Position numbers and translations under genes: made by a program
Shown: piece by piece, positions 36,791 through 49,066 of the stretch
Layout: every line of letters starts with the position of its first letter
How positions within the stretch are numbered: the first letter of the stretch is position 1
The notes under the pieces: generated by a model
The model's database searches: none
The model's input: only the letters and a program-made list of their open reading frames with translations
What the model was told of the DNA's origin: nothing
Assembly (NCBI GenBank): GCA_010909165.1
Contig: MU008182.1
Coordinates: forward strand, 682,001-746,000
From: Anthoceros angustus
Taxonomy: Eukaryota; Plantae; Anthocerotophyta
DNA length: 64,000 nt
Reading direction: 5' to 3'

Positions 36791-37224
36791 TCCATCTACT
36801 GGTTTTTTAAACTGGTTGTCTATTGTCTGACCACTACCCATCCGCTGTCGAATATTTTCTGCTGGATCATGATTGGGTGTCAGCGTACTCTGCTTGTCTG
36901 CGGTGAGGCCCGTCTTGGTAACTCGTCCGAGACAGTCGGTACCACAACGTGATTGTAGTGATCGTGGACTCCAGTAGTGCATGGCACACGATCAATGTGC
37001 GAACTCATGTGGCTACCCCACTGGGCAATTGTGGTGCCTCGGATTATGTTGAGAATCATTGAGTTGCAACAGGTTCTGGCCAACGCATTTTTATCACTCT
37101 ATCCAGGCTTTGGCAGTGCATCGCAAGCGGCTGCTGCACAGTCGAGCTATTGGAAGCGCAGGCACATGTCGGGTCATCATTTTGAAGACATGATTACTCT
37201 GATATTGTGACAACAACTGCTGCA

Positions 37225-37600
37225 GGCATGATACTCTGATACAGCGAGAGTTTCTGCCTGCGGACATGATAACTCTGATATACGTAGTGAGAACAAGTGC
37301 TTACGGACATGATACCTCTCATGTAATGAAAAAACATTGAGAACATGTGCTTGCAGATATGATACCTTTCATCTAGTGAGAACAACAACGACCTGCAGAC
37401 ATGATAACTATGATAGAGTGATAACACTTGCTTGCAGACATTATAACTATGATAGAGTGATGACACTTGCTTGCAGACATTATAACTCTGCGTCAGTGAG
37501 AACTTGCAGACATTATAACTTTGCGTTAGTGAGAACTTGCAGACATTATAACTATGCGGTAGTGAGAACAACCGCTTTGCACACATGATAACTCTTATCT
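37225..37600. repeat. Degenerate 33-39-bp minisatellite
   Basis: Recurrent GCAGACAT(T/G)ATAACT..AGTGA units. Confidence 0.8.
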
Positions 37601-38499
37601 AGTGAAAGTGTTGGCATTTTGCTACTCCGGCTGCGCATTACCACAACCTCCCAATTCACCGGTGTAATGCATGTTACACAAGCTAGCAAGATCATTTCAT
37701 CAATGACCTTTGCTCTTGTGGAAGACTGACATTGTACTTGTGACAAGAGTGTGATGTAGCAAGCGGTAGCTCTGTATGTGGGGTATGTGGCATAGAACTT
37801 TCGGAATCAAGGTCTGGACGGTCTTGTACATTTCACAGACATGGCATTGTGCTTTGGCCTCCCGCTTCATCCTCTGACGTGTGGAGGTGGGGTGCACGAT
37901 GGTCGGCCTCAGTGCAAGCTGGAGGGCTTCCGAGGCAAGGGGTCAGCACGGTTGCTAGAGCCTTGGGTATGGGGAGTGGCGTTGGGGTCTGCCTGCGCGT
38001 ATGGAGCGTCGCGCACGGGCCCTTGCAGCCTGCGTCCTCGGCGGGCGCGACGTGGCGGCGGGGCTTGATCTGTCGCCACCTCCAGCCTTTCCATGCTGCG
38101 CTGCCCCGGCCGGGTTGGTTGGGGCTCGACTCCAGCGGTCGGCATGCTCTGCCGCGCCTTGGGCTCCACCAGGGCGCGGTAATGGCGCGTTCATGCATGG
38201 GGCTATGGGCGTCGGGTTTGGCGGGGATGGTTTGATGGGGCTGGGAAGTCTCGGGGTTTTCAGGGTTTCTACCACAGTTTCTGCAGCTGGGGCAAGTTCG
38301 AGCGCATATTCGGTGGGTTGTTTTGGGTTTTGGTGGGTTGCGGCCTCTCTGGGCAGGGGCCCGTGCCTCCTTGGCCCTAACTCTCCTGAGTCTTCTTATC
38401 GTCGGTACCTGTTCCTTTTGTAGACTTTTTCCACTATTCGTCCTTTTCAGTTCGGGTATTCCCATCAATCCCAAGCAGCTAAGGTTATCGTTCTTGGTT

Positions 38500-41400
38500 A
38501 TCCCCCAACACTTTCCAACTTCGCTAATTGTTGTGAAGAGAGATCTATGCTATCCCAATGGGGCGGCCCACACCCTCTAGGACCCTCAAGGACACTCCCT
38601 GTCTGGTCTGTGCCCAGCTTTGCAGCGGAATTAAAGGGGTAAAAACCCACATTGGGCATTTGCATAAGGACTTCGACTAGACTACTTGGGCGGCCCAAGT
38701 GTGTCTTGCCACCCCCACCACCTCCGTGGGGCAGGATCCAGTGTCCAGCTCTGTTCTTCCAGGGGTAACTCTTTCATCTTGGGAATGGTTGCAGACTCAG
38801 CCAAATCACATCCACAGGTTATTTGAAACCCGCTTTCCTTGCCCACTCATCTTTCGCAGGCTCCCTAGGCACCTCCACGATGATGCCCGCTTAGCATTCC
38901 GTCTTCCTCTGGACCGCCTTGCGCTTGACTCCCACGAAGAGTTGGCCTAGTGTCTCCTTCTCCCTTGGTGGTGTTTGCGTTGTACCAGGGGTGAGGCTTG
39001 CGGCAGGAGGTCGCCAGCAATCTCCGACTTTTTCGGGTCGGCGACTGGGCATCTCTCCAAGAGGATGCTTTGCGTGCTTCCAAGGCTCGTGCGGAATCTA
39101 CGCAATGGATGGAACATGCATAAGGAAATGCGGTAAACTTGCGGCGCTGCAAGTTGTTAGGCCAAGCATATGAATTTGTCCAGGCTGCTAGGGCCCTTGG
39201 CCCCCACCCCTTGGCACCTGCTTCGGAGGAGACCATTGCGGCCCTCTGAGCCCTCCATCCAGCCTCGAAGGACGCCATCCCCCCGGACATATACGATTAT
39301 GTCCCTGAGGACCCCTTCTCCCCAGATTGGACAGCTTTTGCTCTGGCTCTCTCTACGACCCCACGTCTCTCATCTGTCGGGCTGCCTTGAACGGTGTTCA
39401 AACTTCTCAAGGATCTTTTTCTCCCCGAAGACCCTTCTAGCGGCTTCCCGGAACTCTTTTCCCTGGCTGCTGTTATAGCTTGGGATGAGACACCTCATCG
39501 AATCTCCCAAGTTCTTGCAACTAACAGGCTAGTTGCCATGGACAAGCCCACTCCCTCCTCAGGGGTGCGTCCCCTTGTAGCCTGCATGTGGCTTCTCAGC
39601 CGCACTAACGCCCTCCAATGCCGCTCCTTTCTCTAGTAGCACCTTAATCCCCTTCAATTTGGCATTGCCACTCCGGGGCATTGCGAGTACGTGGTGTTTG
39701 GAGTGTCACAGGCATGCCTCGACACCCACCCGGAATGGGTGGTCTTTACAGGTGGATGTGGAGAACGCCTTCAATACCATCTCTAGAGGCATCATCTTCG
39801 AGGAACTCAGAAACGTTGGCGGTGTCTTGGGGAGCCTTATCCCTTTTGTCAGGTGCTTTTACGGTAGGTCCTTCAACCTCTACTATCAACACAAGATCGT
39901 ATCATCGGGATTTCACATCTTTGTCTTGGAGTCGGCCACAGGTACCAGGCAAGGTGACCCTCTGGGCGGTGCTCTCTTCGCCATCGCTCACTACAGGGCT
40001 TATCCAGGGTTGCCTAGTCAACACGTGATTGTATCTTCCCTTCGCTGGCAGACGACTCTCACATTCTCGGGCCTAAGGACAAGGTTAAAGAGGCCTTCGA
40101 GCTCTTCTCTCATGAGCTTTCTTTAGTGGGCTTGGAGGTTAAGCTATCCAAGTGCCGTGTTTGGTCTCCGTTGGGGATCCCCCTACATTGCGATTTCCCT
40201 GCAAGGGAGATTACTCCAGCCCTCGGTTTGCGGATTTTGGGAGTCCCCTTCTGTTCCCCTGACTTCATTGGGAGCTTCCTCGACTAGGCTCTCGTGGAAG
40301 ACCTCTCCCACATCGAGAACCTCCTTTTGCTGGAGGATGCACAGGTGGCCTTTGGTATACTTTCCTCCTGTTTCGCCAGGCGCCCTAGTTACCCCATCCG
40401 TACGTTGGCCCTGTCTTTAGTCCATTTGTCCCGACTGCAGGGATTTGACAGGAAGATCATGGACACCCTTTGTGACATCATGGGCCCTGGGGCTTTTGAG
40501 TGCCCTGCAGGCGATCTTGCCTGCTGGCAAGCATCCTTGCCAATGCAACTTGGAGGAACAAGTCCGCTGTCGTTGGAGGTATCTTCCCCGGCAGCGTCCT
40601 TAGGTTGCTGGGCTCTCTCTACCCCTACTTTGACCTCCCACTTCATCCTCCAAGACAGGTCCTTTCTGGAAGATTTTGTATTAGGAGTGGAGGAGGAACT
40701 TTCCCGCTCCAAGTATCCCTCAAGCAACCTAGGAATATGTTATCGGTGATGCAGCACGACTTCCCTTCCTTCGCAACATTCATCACTTATGGCTTCAAGG
40801 GGTTGCAGACATTGAGAAGCAGCTTGGTCAAGCCTTGATACATCCTCATGGACCCCTCCATCCCCAGGTCTACAAGAGGTCGCTTCGCTCTTGCTCGAGG
40901 CGCGGATGCTGCTACATCCATGTATCACGGGCTTTCACATCGCACCAACTAGCTTCTCTACTACGCTGCCAGGTCTTGTCCTGCTCCGGCTGTGGCTTCC
41001 TCTCTCCACATCGAGAACCTCCTTTGGAGGATGCAGTGGCCTTTGGTATACTTTCCTCCTGTTTGCCAGCGCCCTAGTTACCCCATCCGTACGTTGGCCC
41101 TGTCTTTAGTCCATTTGTCCCGACTCAGGATTGTGGAAGATCATGGACACCCTTTGTGACATCATGGGCCCTGGGGCTTTTGAGTGCCCTGCAGGCGATC
41201 TTGCCTGGCCAAGCATCCTTGCCAATGCAACTTGAGGAACAAGTCCACTGCCGTTGGAGGTATCTTCCCGGCGTCCTTAGGGTCTGGGCTCTCTACCCCT
41301 ACTTTGACCTCCCACTTCATCCTCCAAGACAGGTCCTTTCTGGAAGATTTTGTATTAGGAGTGGAGGAGGAACTTTCCCGCTCCAAGTATCCCTCAAGCA

Positions 41401-42250
41401 ACCTAGGAATATGTTATCGGCTGATGCCTGGCACGACTTCCCTTCCTTCGCAACATTCATCACTTATGGCTTCAAGGGGTTGCAGACATTGAGAAGCAGC
41501 TTGGTCAAGCCTTCGAGTCTGTCCTCATGGACCCCTCCATCCCCAGGTCTACAAGAGGTCAGCTTCGCTCTTGCTCTGGGAGGGGCGCAGATGCCTGGCT
41601 ACTGTCCATGTATACGGGGCTTTCACATCGCACCAACTAGCTTCTCTACTACGACGCGCTTCAGTCTTGTCCTGCTCCAGCCTGTGGCTTCCTCTCTCCT
41701 TACTTGTGAGTGTAGCTCTGCCCTTGATGACTCTGGGATACACCTTGCTCGTTGCCCCCATGGGGTCATTGCATTTCCACCCATGACGCCATCCGCGATG
41801 TCATGTTTGCCATTGGTCGCGAAAGTGGCTACATGGCCGGGAGGGAGCGGGGGTACACTCTTCGTCTCGGTCGGTTAATGAGGGTTACTTGTACCTCGGA
41901 CGCGGCGACCAGGTTTTAGTGGCGGACGTGGTGGTAACCAACCCTGCACGCGACTCCATCTTTGCACAGGTTATCACTAATCGTCCAGGTTGGGCTGCTG
42001 TCAGAGCGGCGTCTATCAAAGTCAGGAAATATAGGGGGATGTAACCACCAATTCATTCCCCATGCCCTTGAAACATGGCATTCTCCAGATAGCGAGTGTC
42101 AATTGCTCTTTACGGTCCTCTCTACGGCGATCATCCATAAAGCAAACGACAGTAGTGACACATTTTCCTCTACCTCCGTAGTTTGTAGGTCATTTTCTCT
42201 TCCTGCGTTTGACATCGTAGGTATAGTCAGTAACTTCCTATAGGGATCTT
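38500..42250 (+). mobile_element. Near full-length, decayed CRE/R2-type non-LTR retrotransposon
   Basis: N-terminal C2H2 finger CLVCAQLCSGIKGVKTHIGHLH (38600-38665). RT motifs GVRPL, QVDVENAFN, GTRQGDPLGGALF and LADD. CCHC-like CECSSALDDSGIHLARC and endonuclease-like ADVVVTNP. Same family as 7995-9980. Confidence 0.85.
40303..41700. repeat. ~700-bp direct duplication inside the non-LTR element
   Basis: CCACATCGAGAACCTCC at ~40307 and ~41006. The copies differ mainly by indels. Confidence 0.9.
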
Positions 42251-42583
42251 TGATGCTCCTTGGTCCCCCTTGGTTGTTTTCTGCTAGGGCTTATCCCATC
42301 AAATTTTTCCCCTCAATAGAATTTTATTCATTTCAGGAATTGACACTTGTTCCACAATGGCTATCATTATCAGAGGTGACTACTGGTATGAGGAGGAGGC
42401 TTTTTCTTGAAAGACCTTAGTCATTTGGCTATGGCGCTGGCATCTACCGCCAACGTGTGATGCAGCTTTCGATAATTGTTGCCACAGTGAACAACTCAAG
42501 ACACAACCCAAAATAGTCACAGTGAACAACTCAAGACACAACCCAAAATAGTCACAACTGAAAGTCCAGCTATGGCTTAAGAG

Positions 42584-42870
42584 TGTGCCACTTGTGAGAG
42601 CTTGTGAAGGGGTTTGATGCACTCGGGCCGGGGATGGAGTATTGTTGTTGCTGCATGTGGCAACTGAACGATATGCGGCTAATGATGTGCGGCTATCTCC
42701 AGCATCGAGATGACCGTCAAATCTGAGCAAAACTGTGCCACTTGTGAGAGCTGGTGAAGGGGTTTGATGCACTCGGGCCGGGGATGGAGTATTGGTGTTG
42801 CTGCATGTGGCAACTGAATGATGTGCGGCTATCTCCAGCATCGAGATGACCGTCAAATCTGAGCAAAACT
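42584..42870. repeat. Tandem duplication of ~150 bp (a 37-bp duplication also lies at ~42484-42557)
   Basis: TGTGCCACTTGTGAGAGC..AATCTGAGCAAAACT occurs twice. Confidence 0.88.
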
Positions 42871-45800
42871 GGGACTACGGCTAGCAAAGGTTTCCGGAAT
42901 GAGTAGTCAAGCTAACCCAACCCTATATTCCGCTGGCCACTAATCTCTGTTGTGCGTCAGTAAGCGCTGCGAATTCCGTAGAAGACGAGAGAACAGAGAG
43001 AGAGGGAACTGAGATTTGGGCCCAAACCCTGCACTGGGAAGGAACAGAATATGACAAATCTGCTCCGAGTCTCACCATCCCTGCGGCATGCGGGTACGGA
43101 GACTCTCGGCCCCTTCTTCTCGAGAAATCGCCCCAGCGTGCGGTGCTGCAGTGCAGGCAGCAGGTTTGAAGACAGTGCCTCGACATCGAGGTGGGTTCTG
43201 ATGAGATATGGGCAATCCAGAGTCCCCCTGCCTCGAGATTACACTCGGGTTTCGATCCCTCAAATCACCCACGTCGGGTATCGACGACTCACAGCCCAGC
43301 CAATGCATGATGAACATATGACTGACTCACCGTACATGTATCACCAATGGCAGACATGATTTGCACCCCCCAAGAGCTTACCATCAGTCTACACAGTGTC
43401 TGCCACTGGAGCTTGCCACACCGCTTGCCACACAGCTTGCTATGGACTCGAACGGGCACCCAAGGCTGGCTGATCATCGTGGTTCAACTTGGGATTGTCT
43501 TTTTCTCCACTCTGACTGGACTTGCGCCTGGCCTGATCCCGTGCTTGTTTTGCAGGCAGGCGTGGAAATAAAGGAGCACATGGCAGGCTGCAGCCTAGCT
43601 TTTGGAGCCAAATGGCGCGTAGATGAGCGGCCATTGATGAGCGGGGCAAAATTGTGGCTGTACGCTTTCTATTCTGAGTGTGAAGCCGTTCCGCGTTTTT
43701 TGACCGTCAGACGTGAATCCAGGCCAGCTAGGCTGTGGCGTTTAGCGTGAATGATTGTCGGTACACGGTCCAGTAGTAGCCTGTACAATATATGAAATAT
43801 GCATACATATGTATCGACTGTATGTGTATTGCATACAGTATAATGTATTGTCTTCTTATTGTCCTCCACTGTGTGGCGTGCCGGGGTACAGTAGGTTTTA
43901 TGTATGAATGCGTAGTGAAAAGAAAGAGCGGGGGGATAAGGCCGTGGGAGATGCGTCCGCACGGTGGCGCGTGATGTCTGGAAGTATGCAGAGCATCGTC
44001 ATGATGCTTCCTCCATCCTCCTCCTTGTCATGGCGTGAACGTTGCTCTCTCATGACATTTAACACTTCACGATCGCGCCTGTGACGCTAATGCGGAACGA
44101 ACGTGAAAGTGATGATGGGCGGGTCAGGTTCAGGGCACAAGAGGCGGACCCGAGAATGGCGAAGGCCATGGCGTTGCCACTGGCGATGGCAGTGGCAGAG
44201 GAGTCCTTGTGGAACTGGTTAGCAGGGAATAGGAAATAGGGATCCCGTACAGAATTGATGGCCTCCTGTCGGCAGTTCCGTAACAAGTACGCTGCCGCTG
44301 GGGCGTTTACAACAACTTGCAATTGGAGCTTGGAATCCGCTTCCGCTTCCGCGCCATGGCGATGGCGATGGCGATACACCATGTGTAGACATAGATAGGG
44401 TATTGGTATAGAATTTCAAGGCGAGGGGGCAGAGCAAGCGCGCGGGAAACGGTGGAAGCCACAGCGCAAGAGATGGAAGTGGGGCCGCAAAGACGCAACA
44501 AAGCAAGAGCAGCAGCATCAGCAGCGTACTGTTGCACAGACAGGCCCCAAATTTGGAGGCGCTTTCCTGCAAAAGCGATGGCACGTGTTTCCATGCATCC
44601 GGATGGCGCGTCTCGTTCCATTCCATTTCCGCGTGTTCAGACTTGGAGGTGCAGCATGCAGGGCCCTGCCATGGGCACAGGAAAGGGACCATGATTCTCT
44701 GCCGGGGTTCTCCAGTTGCCACCAAACAGTAGCAGACGGCGTTGCATGGGGGTATGATATGAATCGGCCAGAATCGGGCCGGGCAGTGGCAGGCGCAACA
44801 GGGGCCGCCATCTTCAAGTTGCCGGAAGGTTCATGCCCAGCAGGCTCTGGGCCTCTGGAGTCACATTCTCTTATGCAATGCTCTGGCCCTGGCCCTGGCC
44901 CTGGCCCTGGCCTGGTGCTGCTAGCTATATGTGTGACGAGACACACTGTGCGCACACACTTTTACACACACAAGGCATATATGAATGTGTAGGTGTTCGA
45001 TTCGGCCAAGGCTGGCTGGGGCTGTAGCCTGCGAGTCGGAGGCTGCTGACAGGCCCACCAGGGCAACGGGGGGCCCGACCTGGCCTGGCCTGGGTTCCTG
45101 GTTCCTGGACCGAAGGCTGGGCCTGCCGCGCCTGCACGTGCAGGTGCACTCAATGGAACACAAACCTGACAAAACAAGTGGCTGCTCCTGCTCACCAGGC
45201 CCTTGCTCCAGTCCAATACTCCAACGCTAATTTAATGTGTCGGAACTTACGTAAGCATATGCTATGCTGCCCATTCTACAGTGTAATGCAATGCGATGCG
45301 ATGCAATGCAGCATTGTTTGCTGTCAGGCACAAGTAGCAACCCCGAGCGACTCCGAGCAGCTGCAAGATCCATCTCCCTTGGCCAATAAAAGTGCTTTCT
45401 CCAAATCGAGCTGGTCTGGTCCAGGTCCAGGAGGATCGTTTGTGGCCCACTCGGCCCCAAGTCGGCGGTGCTTCCGAGGCTCCTAGTCTGGGGCCCGGTT
45501 CCTTCCCGGATCTCTCTTTTTATGCTTTGCTACTTTAACCTTGAGCAAAGCTTGTTCACAACTTCACACACTACAAGGGCGTCTGCACTCTGCAGCACCC
45601 GCTTTCTGGCTGGCCGGGAAAAGGCCCGAAATCCGCTCCCCGTTTCCCACCATATTCCACATCATCAGGCCCTGGAAGGGTGACTGTCCGATGTCCATAT
45701 GGCCCAGCACCGGCCCCGCTGCAGTGCAGAGTGCAGACAAGAATGTGAAAGTGCTAACGGATTGCAGTAGTGTATTTCGGTTGCAAAACTTGCGGCAACT

Positions 45801-46961
45801 TGGAACCAGCAGCTGTGCGCTGTCCTCCTTCCCTGCTTCCAAAACTGGGCCCAATTGGAAACGGTTGCAGAGTAGGTGAGGGGATCGGGAGGATGATGAA
45901 GCTGCTAACCTGGTGGCCCCAGCCGATGCAATGCGACGGTTGTGTGCAGACCCAAGGCTGATCATGACTGCCCTCAACAGTACCCTGGTACCCGACGTCA
46001 ACGGTGCCATCAATCGGGAGTATTACGCAGTACAGTAGTACTTCTCCTGGTCCACTCCACTCCAACTCCCGCGGCCCGCCTGCCGCTTGTCTTGTGTTGC
46101 CATGGCCGGAATCAGAATCCATCCCCTCCCAGCTCAACACCTGTGGCAAGGCAACGGCATGTCACCATGCATCCTGTTTCCGACTTTCATCCACTACAGC
46201 CCTATACCTAACCTCCATCCATCACGGCAGCAACCCTATTCCCAACCTCCATCACGGCAGCTGCGATAGCACATGAATTGAACAAGTGAAGGCTATGGAA
46301 GAAAAACACACAATCAAATGGAAGAAACACACATAATCAATCACATGTCGTTGTTGTTTATGCTGCCCCCGGTGAGGTGGTGAAAAGCGTCCATTTATCG
46401 GCAGGGGAGGAATCTGGGGAGTTGTCGCTGCAGCGGCAGCAGACGCCTGGTGCCGCTCCGGGATATAGACGCGCAGATGCCTGCCCTTGTCCCATGCCGC
46501 TGTCCAGCCTTCCTTCCTCCTTTTCCTCCTCCGGGCCCCGGAAATTATGCATTAACCCCGCCCCCGCCGGGTCCCCGGGTGGGGCTGGTGGGGCCTCGCC
46601 CTCCCGCCTCCCCCCGCTTATTTACGGGACGGGGCCGCCTGCTTCGCGTCGGTCCCCAGCAGTAGTAGCCAAAGAAGCAGAAGCAGAAGCAGAAGCAAAG
46701 CAACGCGACGGGCAACGGTGGCGGGCGAGGCGTGGAGATCCCATGGCGGCCCAGTGTGTGCAGCGGATGCCCGCCCGCTCGCCGCTGCGGGGCGCGCGCC
46801 TCTGCCGCGTCGCGCAGGAAGATCTCTCCCGGGGCTGGCAAGATGTGCCTGCTGCTGTTCTTGGTGGCGCACTCTTCTGACGCTATTGCATTGCACGGCG
46901 CTTGTTCCTTCTGTAGCAAACTGCAAATAGATTTCGGAGAGGAGACGTTAGATCGGCGTGC

Positions 46962-49066
46962 ATGGAGGTGGACATGGAGGCCATGCTCCTAGACATGCTG
47001 CCAGGACTGAGCGACATTCTGGAGGACATGGACTTCCCGGCCATCGCCGACACCGCATCCACAGCCAATGCCAAATTGGCGGCTGCTGCTGCCGCGGCTG
47101 CCAAGGCGGCGGCGGGGCAGGAGGAGGGTTATGGCTGGCCGCCCCAGGCCCTGGGCGTCCAGTACGCCCGCCCGGGGAGCTCCGGCGGGAGCGGGAACTC
47201 CATGTCGCCCTGCGCTTCGCCCACGGCGTCTGCGGAATCCGCGCCGAGCTTCGGGCAGGAGGAGCAGCAGCAGCAGCAGCAGGAGGATGGAGTTCTGGGT
47301 GCCGGTGCCGGTGCGTGTGCGTTGCAGGCGCCGCTGCTGCTGCCGCCTCCGCCGCAGCTCCGGCGCATCAACATCAGCTCTCGCACCATCCAGGACACCA
47401 GTTGCGGGGTCACCATGAGCTCGCCCAAGTTCAAGAGCAGCGTGGGATCCCCCATTTTCAACGAGATTGCGCGGATGCAGATCCAGTCCCCGACGCAGGA
47501 GGAGAGGCAATTGGAGGCGGGAGGCAACGGGGAGGGAGCCATGGTGGGTTCCGTGGTGGGTTCGATGCGGCAGGGGCAGGCCCTCACCAGCGTGGACGCC
47601 CGGGGCCAGTCCCAGCTCTCCGCCTGCGGCGTGGAGGTGGTGCACATCCTGCTGGCCGCCGCGGAGGCCGTGGCTGCGGGCCACACCACCCTCGCCTGCA
47701 ACATCGTGTCGCACCTCAAGCGCATGCTGTCGCCTCACGGCTCTGCCATGCAGCGGGTGGCCACCTACTTCACCAACGCGCTCGCCTTCCGGCTGGGCCT
47801 CAGCCTGCCCATCCCCTCCGTGCTCTCGCAGCCCCTGGGCGCTGCGCCCACGGACGAGGCGCTGGTGGCATACCAGGTGCGTGCCTCTCCCACCATCTCC
47901 TCTTTCTCCCTTTCCTTGTTTCCTTGGCTTGCTGGGCGATGACGATGGCGATGCGTTACAGCCCGCCTCACTCTGTGTCCTGTCAGGCCAGGCAAGCTGG
48001 CAACGCTGAGAGATGGTCTTGGGAGTCTGTGTGTGTGAGCTGTGATTTGCTTGCCTGGACCTGGAGCTTGATTGACTGCAGTTGCAGGCACGAGTTTTCA
48101 GATACACGCTCGCCTTTGCGTGCGTGCCGTCTGACACACGGGGTCACTGATTGCTACCGTCGTGTTGCTGGGCTGTTGTTGTTGCTGTTGCAGGTGTTCT
48201 ACGCCTGCTGCCCATACCTCATCATCACGCACTTCTGTGCGAACCAGGCGATTCTGGAAGCCTTTGAGGGAGAAAGAAAGGTGCACATCGTGGATCTGGA
48301 CATCAAGCAGGGGCTGCAATGGCCGTCGCTCATCCAGGCGCTGTCGCTGCGGAAGGGGGGGGCCCCGGCGCTGCGGATCACGGCCGCGGGGGGGCCCAAC
48401 GACATGCCCACCGTGCTGTCCACGGGGGCGCGCCTCGCCGACTTCGCGCGCTCCCTGCAGGTGCCGCTCGAGTTCTGCCCGCTGCCGGTGCCCATCACGG
48501 AGCTGGAGGGGTGGATGGTGCAGCAGCGGCCGGGGGAGGTGATGGCGGTGAACTGCGTCTCGGTGCTGCACGCGCTGGTGGACAGCCCGGCGCGCCGCTG
48601 CCGGCCTTCCTGGCCATGCTGCGCGCCTGGGAGCCGGCGCTGGTGGCGCTGGTGGCAGGACGCCAGCCACAACGACGCCTTCATCCCGCGCTTCGTGGAC
48701 GCGCTGCACTACTACTCCTCCATGTTCGACTCCCTCGCCTCCACGCTCTCCAGCTCTCTGCTGGAGCGGGAGAGCGTGGAGGGCTACCTCTTCGGGAGCG
48801 AGATAATGAACATCGTGGGCTGCGAGGGGGAGGACCGCTACAAGCGCCACATGCCCGTGGACAGCTGGTTCCGGGCCATGTCTGACGCCGGCTTCCACCT
48901 CTCCCCCCTCAGCTCCCAAAGCATCTACCAGGCCAGGTTCCTCGTGGGAAGGTTCATCGTCAACCTCTACCCGGCTGCGGGCAAGTACAGGGTGGCCGAG
49001 GAAGATGGCTACTTGTCTCTGGGATGGCAGGATAATCCGCTCTTCGCCGTCTCCTGCTGGTGCTAG
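46962..49066 (+). CDS. GRAS-family transcription factor, two exons (46962-47876, 48194-49066), with two compensating indels in exon 2
   Basis: VVHILLAAAEAV, MQRVATYF, AYQ|VFYACCPY (donor CAG|GTGCGT, acceptor TTGCAG|), ANQAILEAFEG, VHIVD, QWPSLIQAL, RFVDALHYYSSMFDSL and terminal SCW. Confidence 0.9.

Noticed and set aside
33560-37600. Short repeats as a CRISPR array
   Set aside because: The units are contiguous without unique spacers, there are no cas genes and the context is eukaryotic.
46958-49066. 702-aa ORF as a single-exon protein
   Set aside because: Its N-terminal part is off-frame to exon 1 and reads through the intron; the spliced model gives a coherent GRAS domain.
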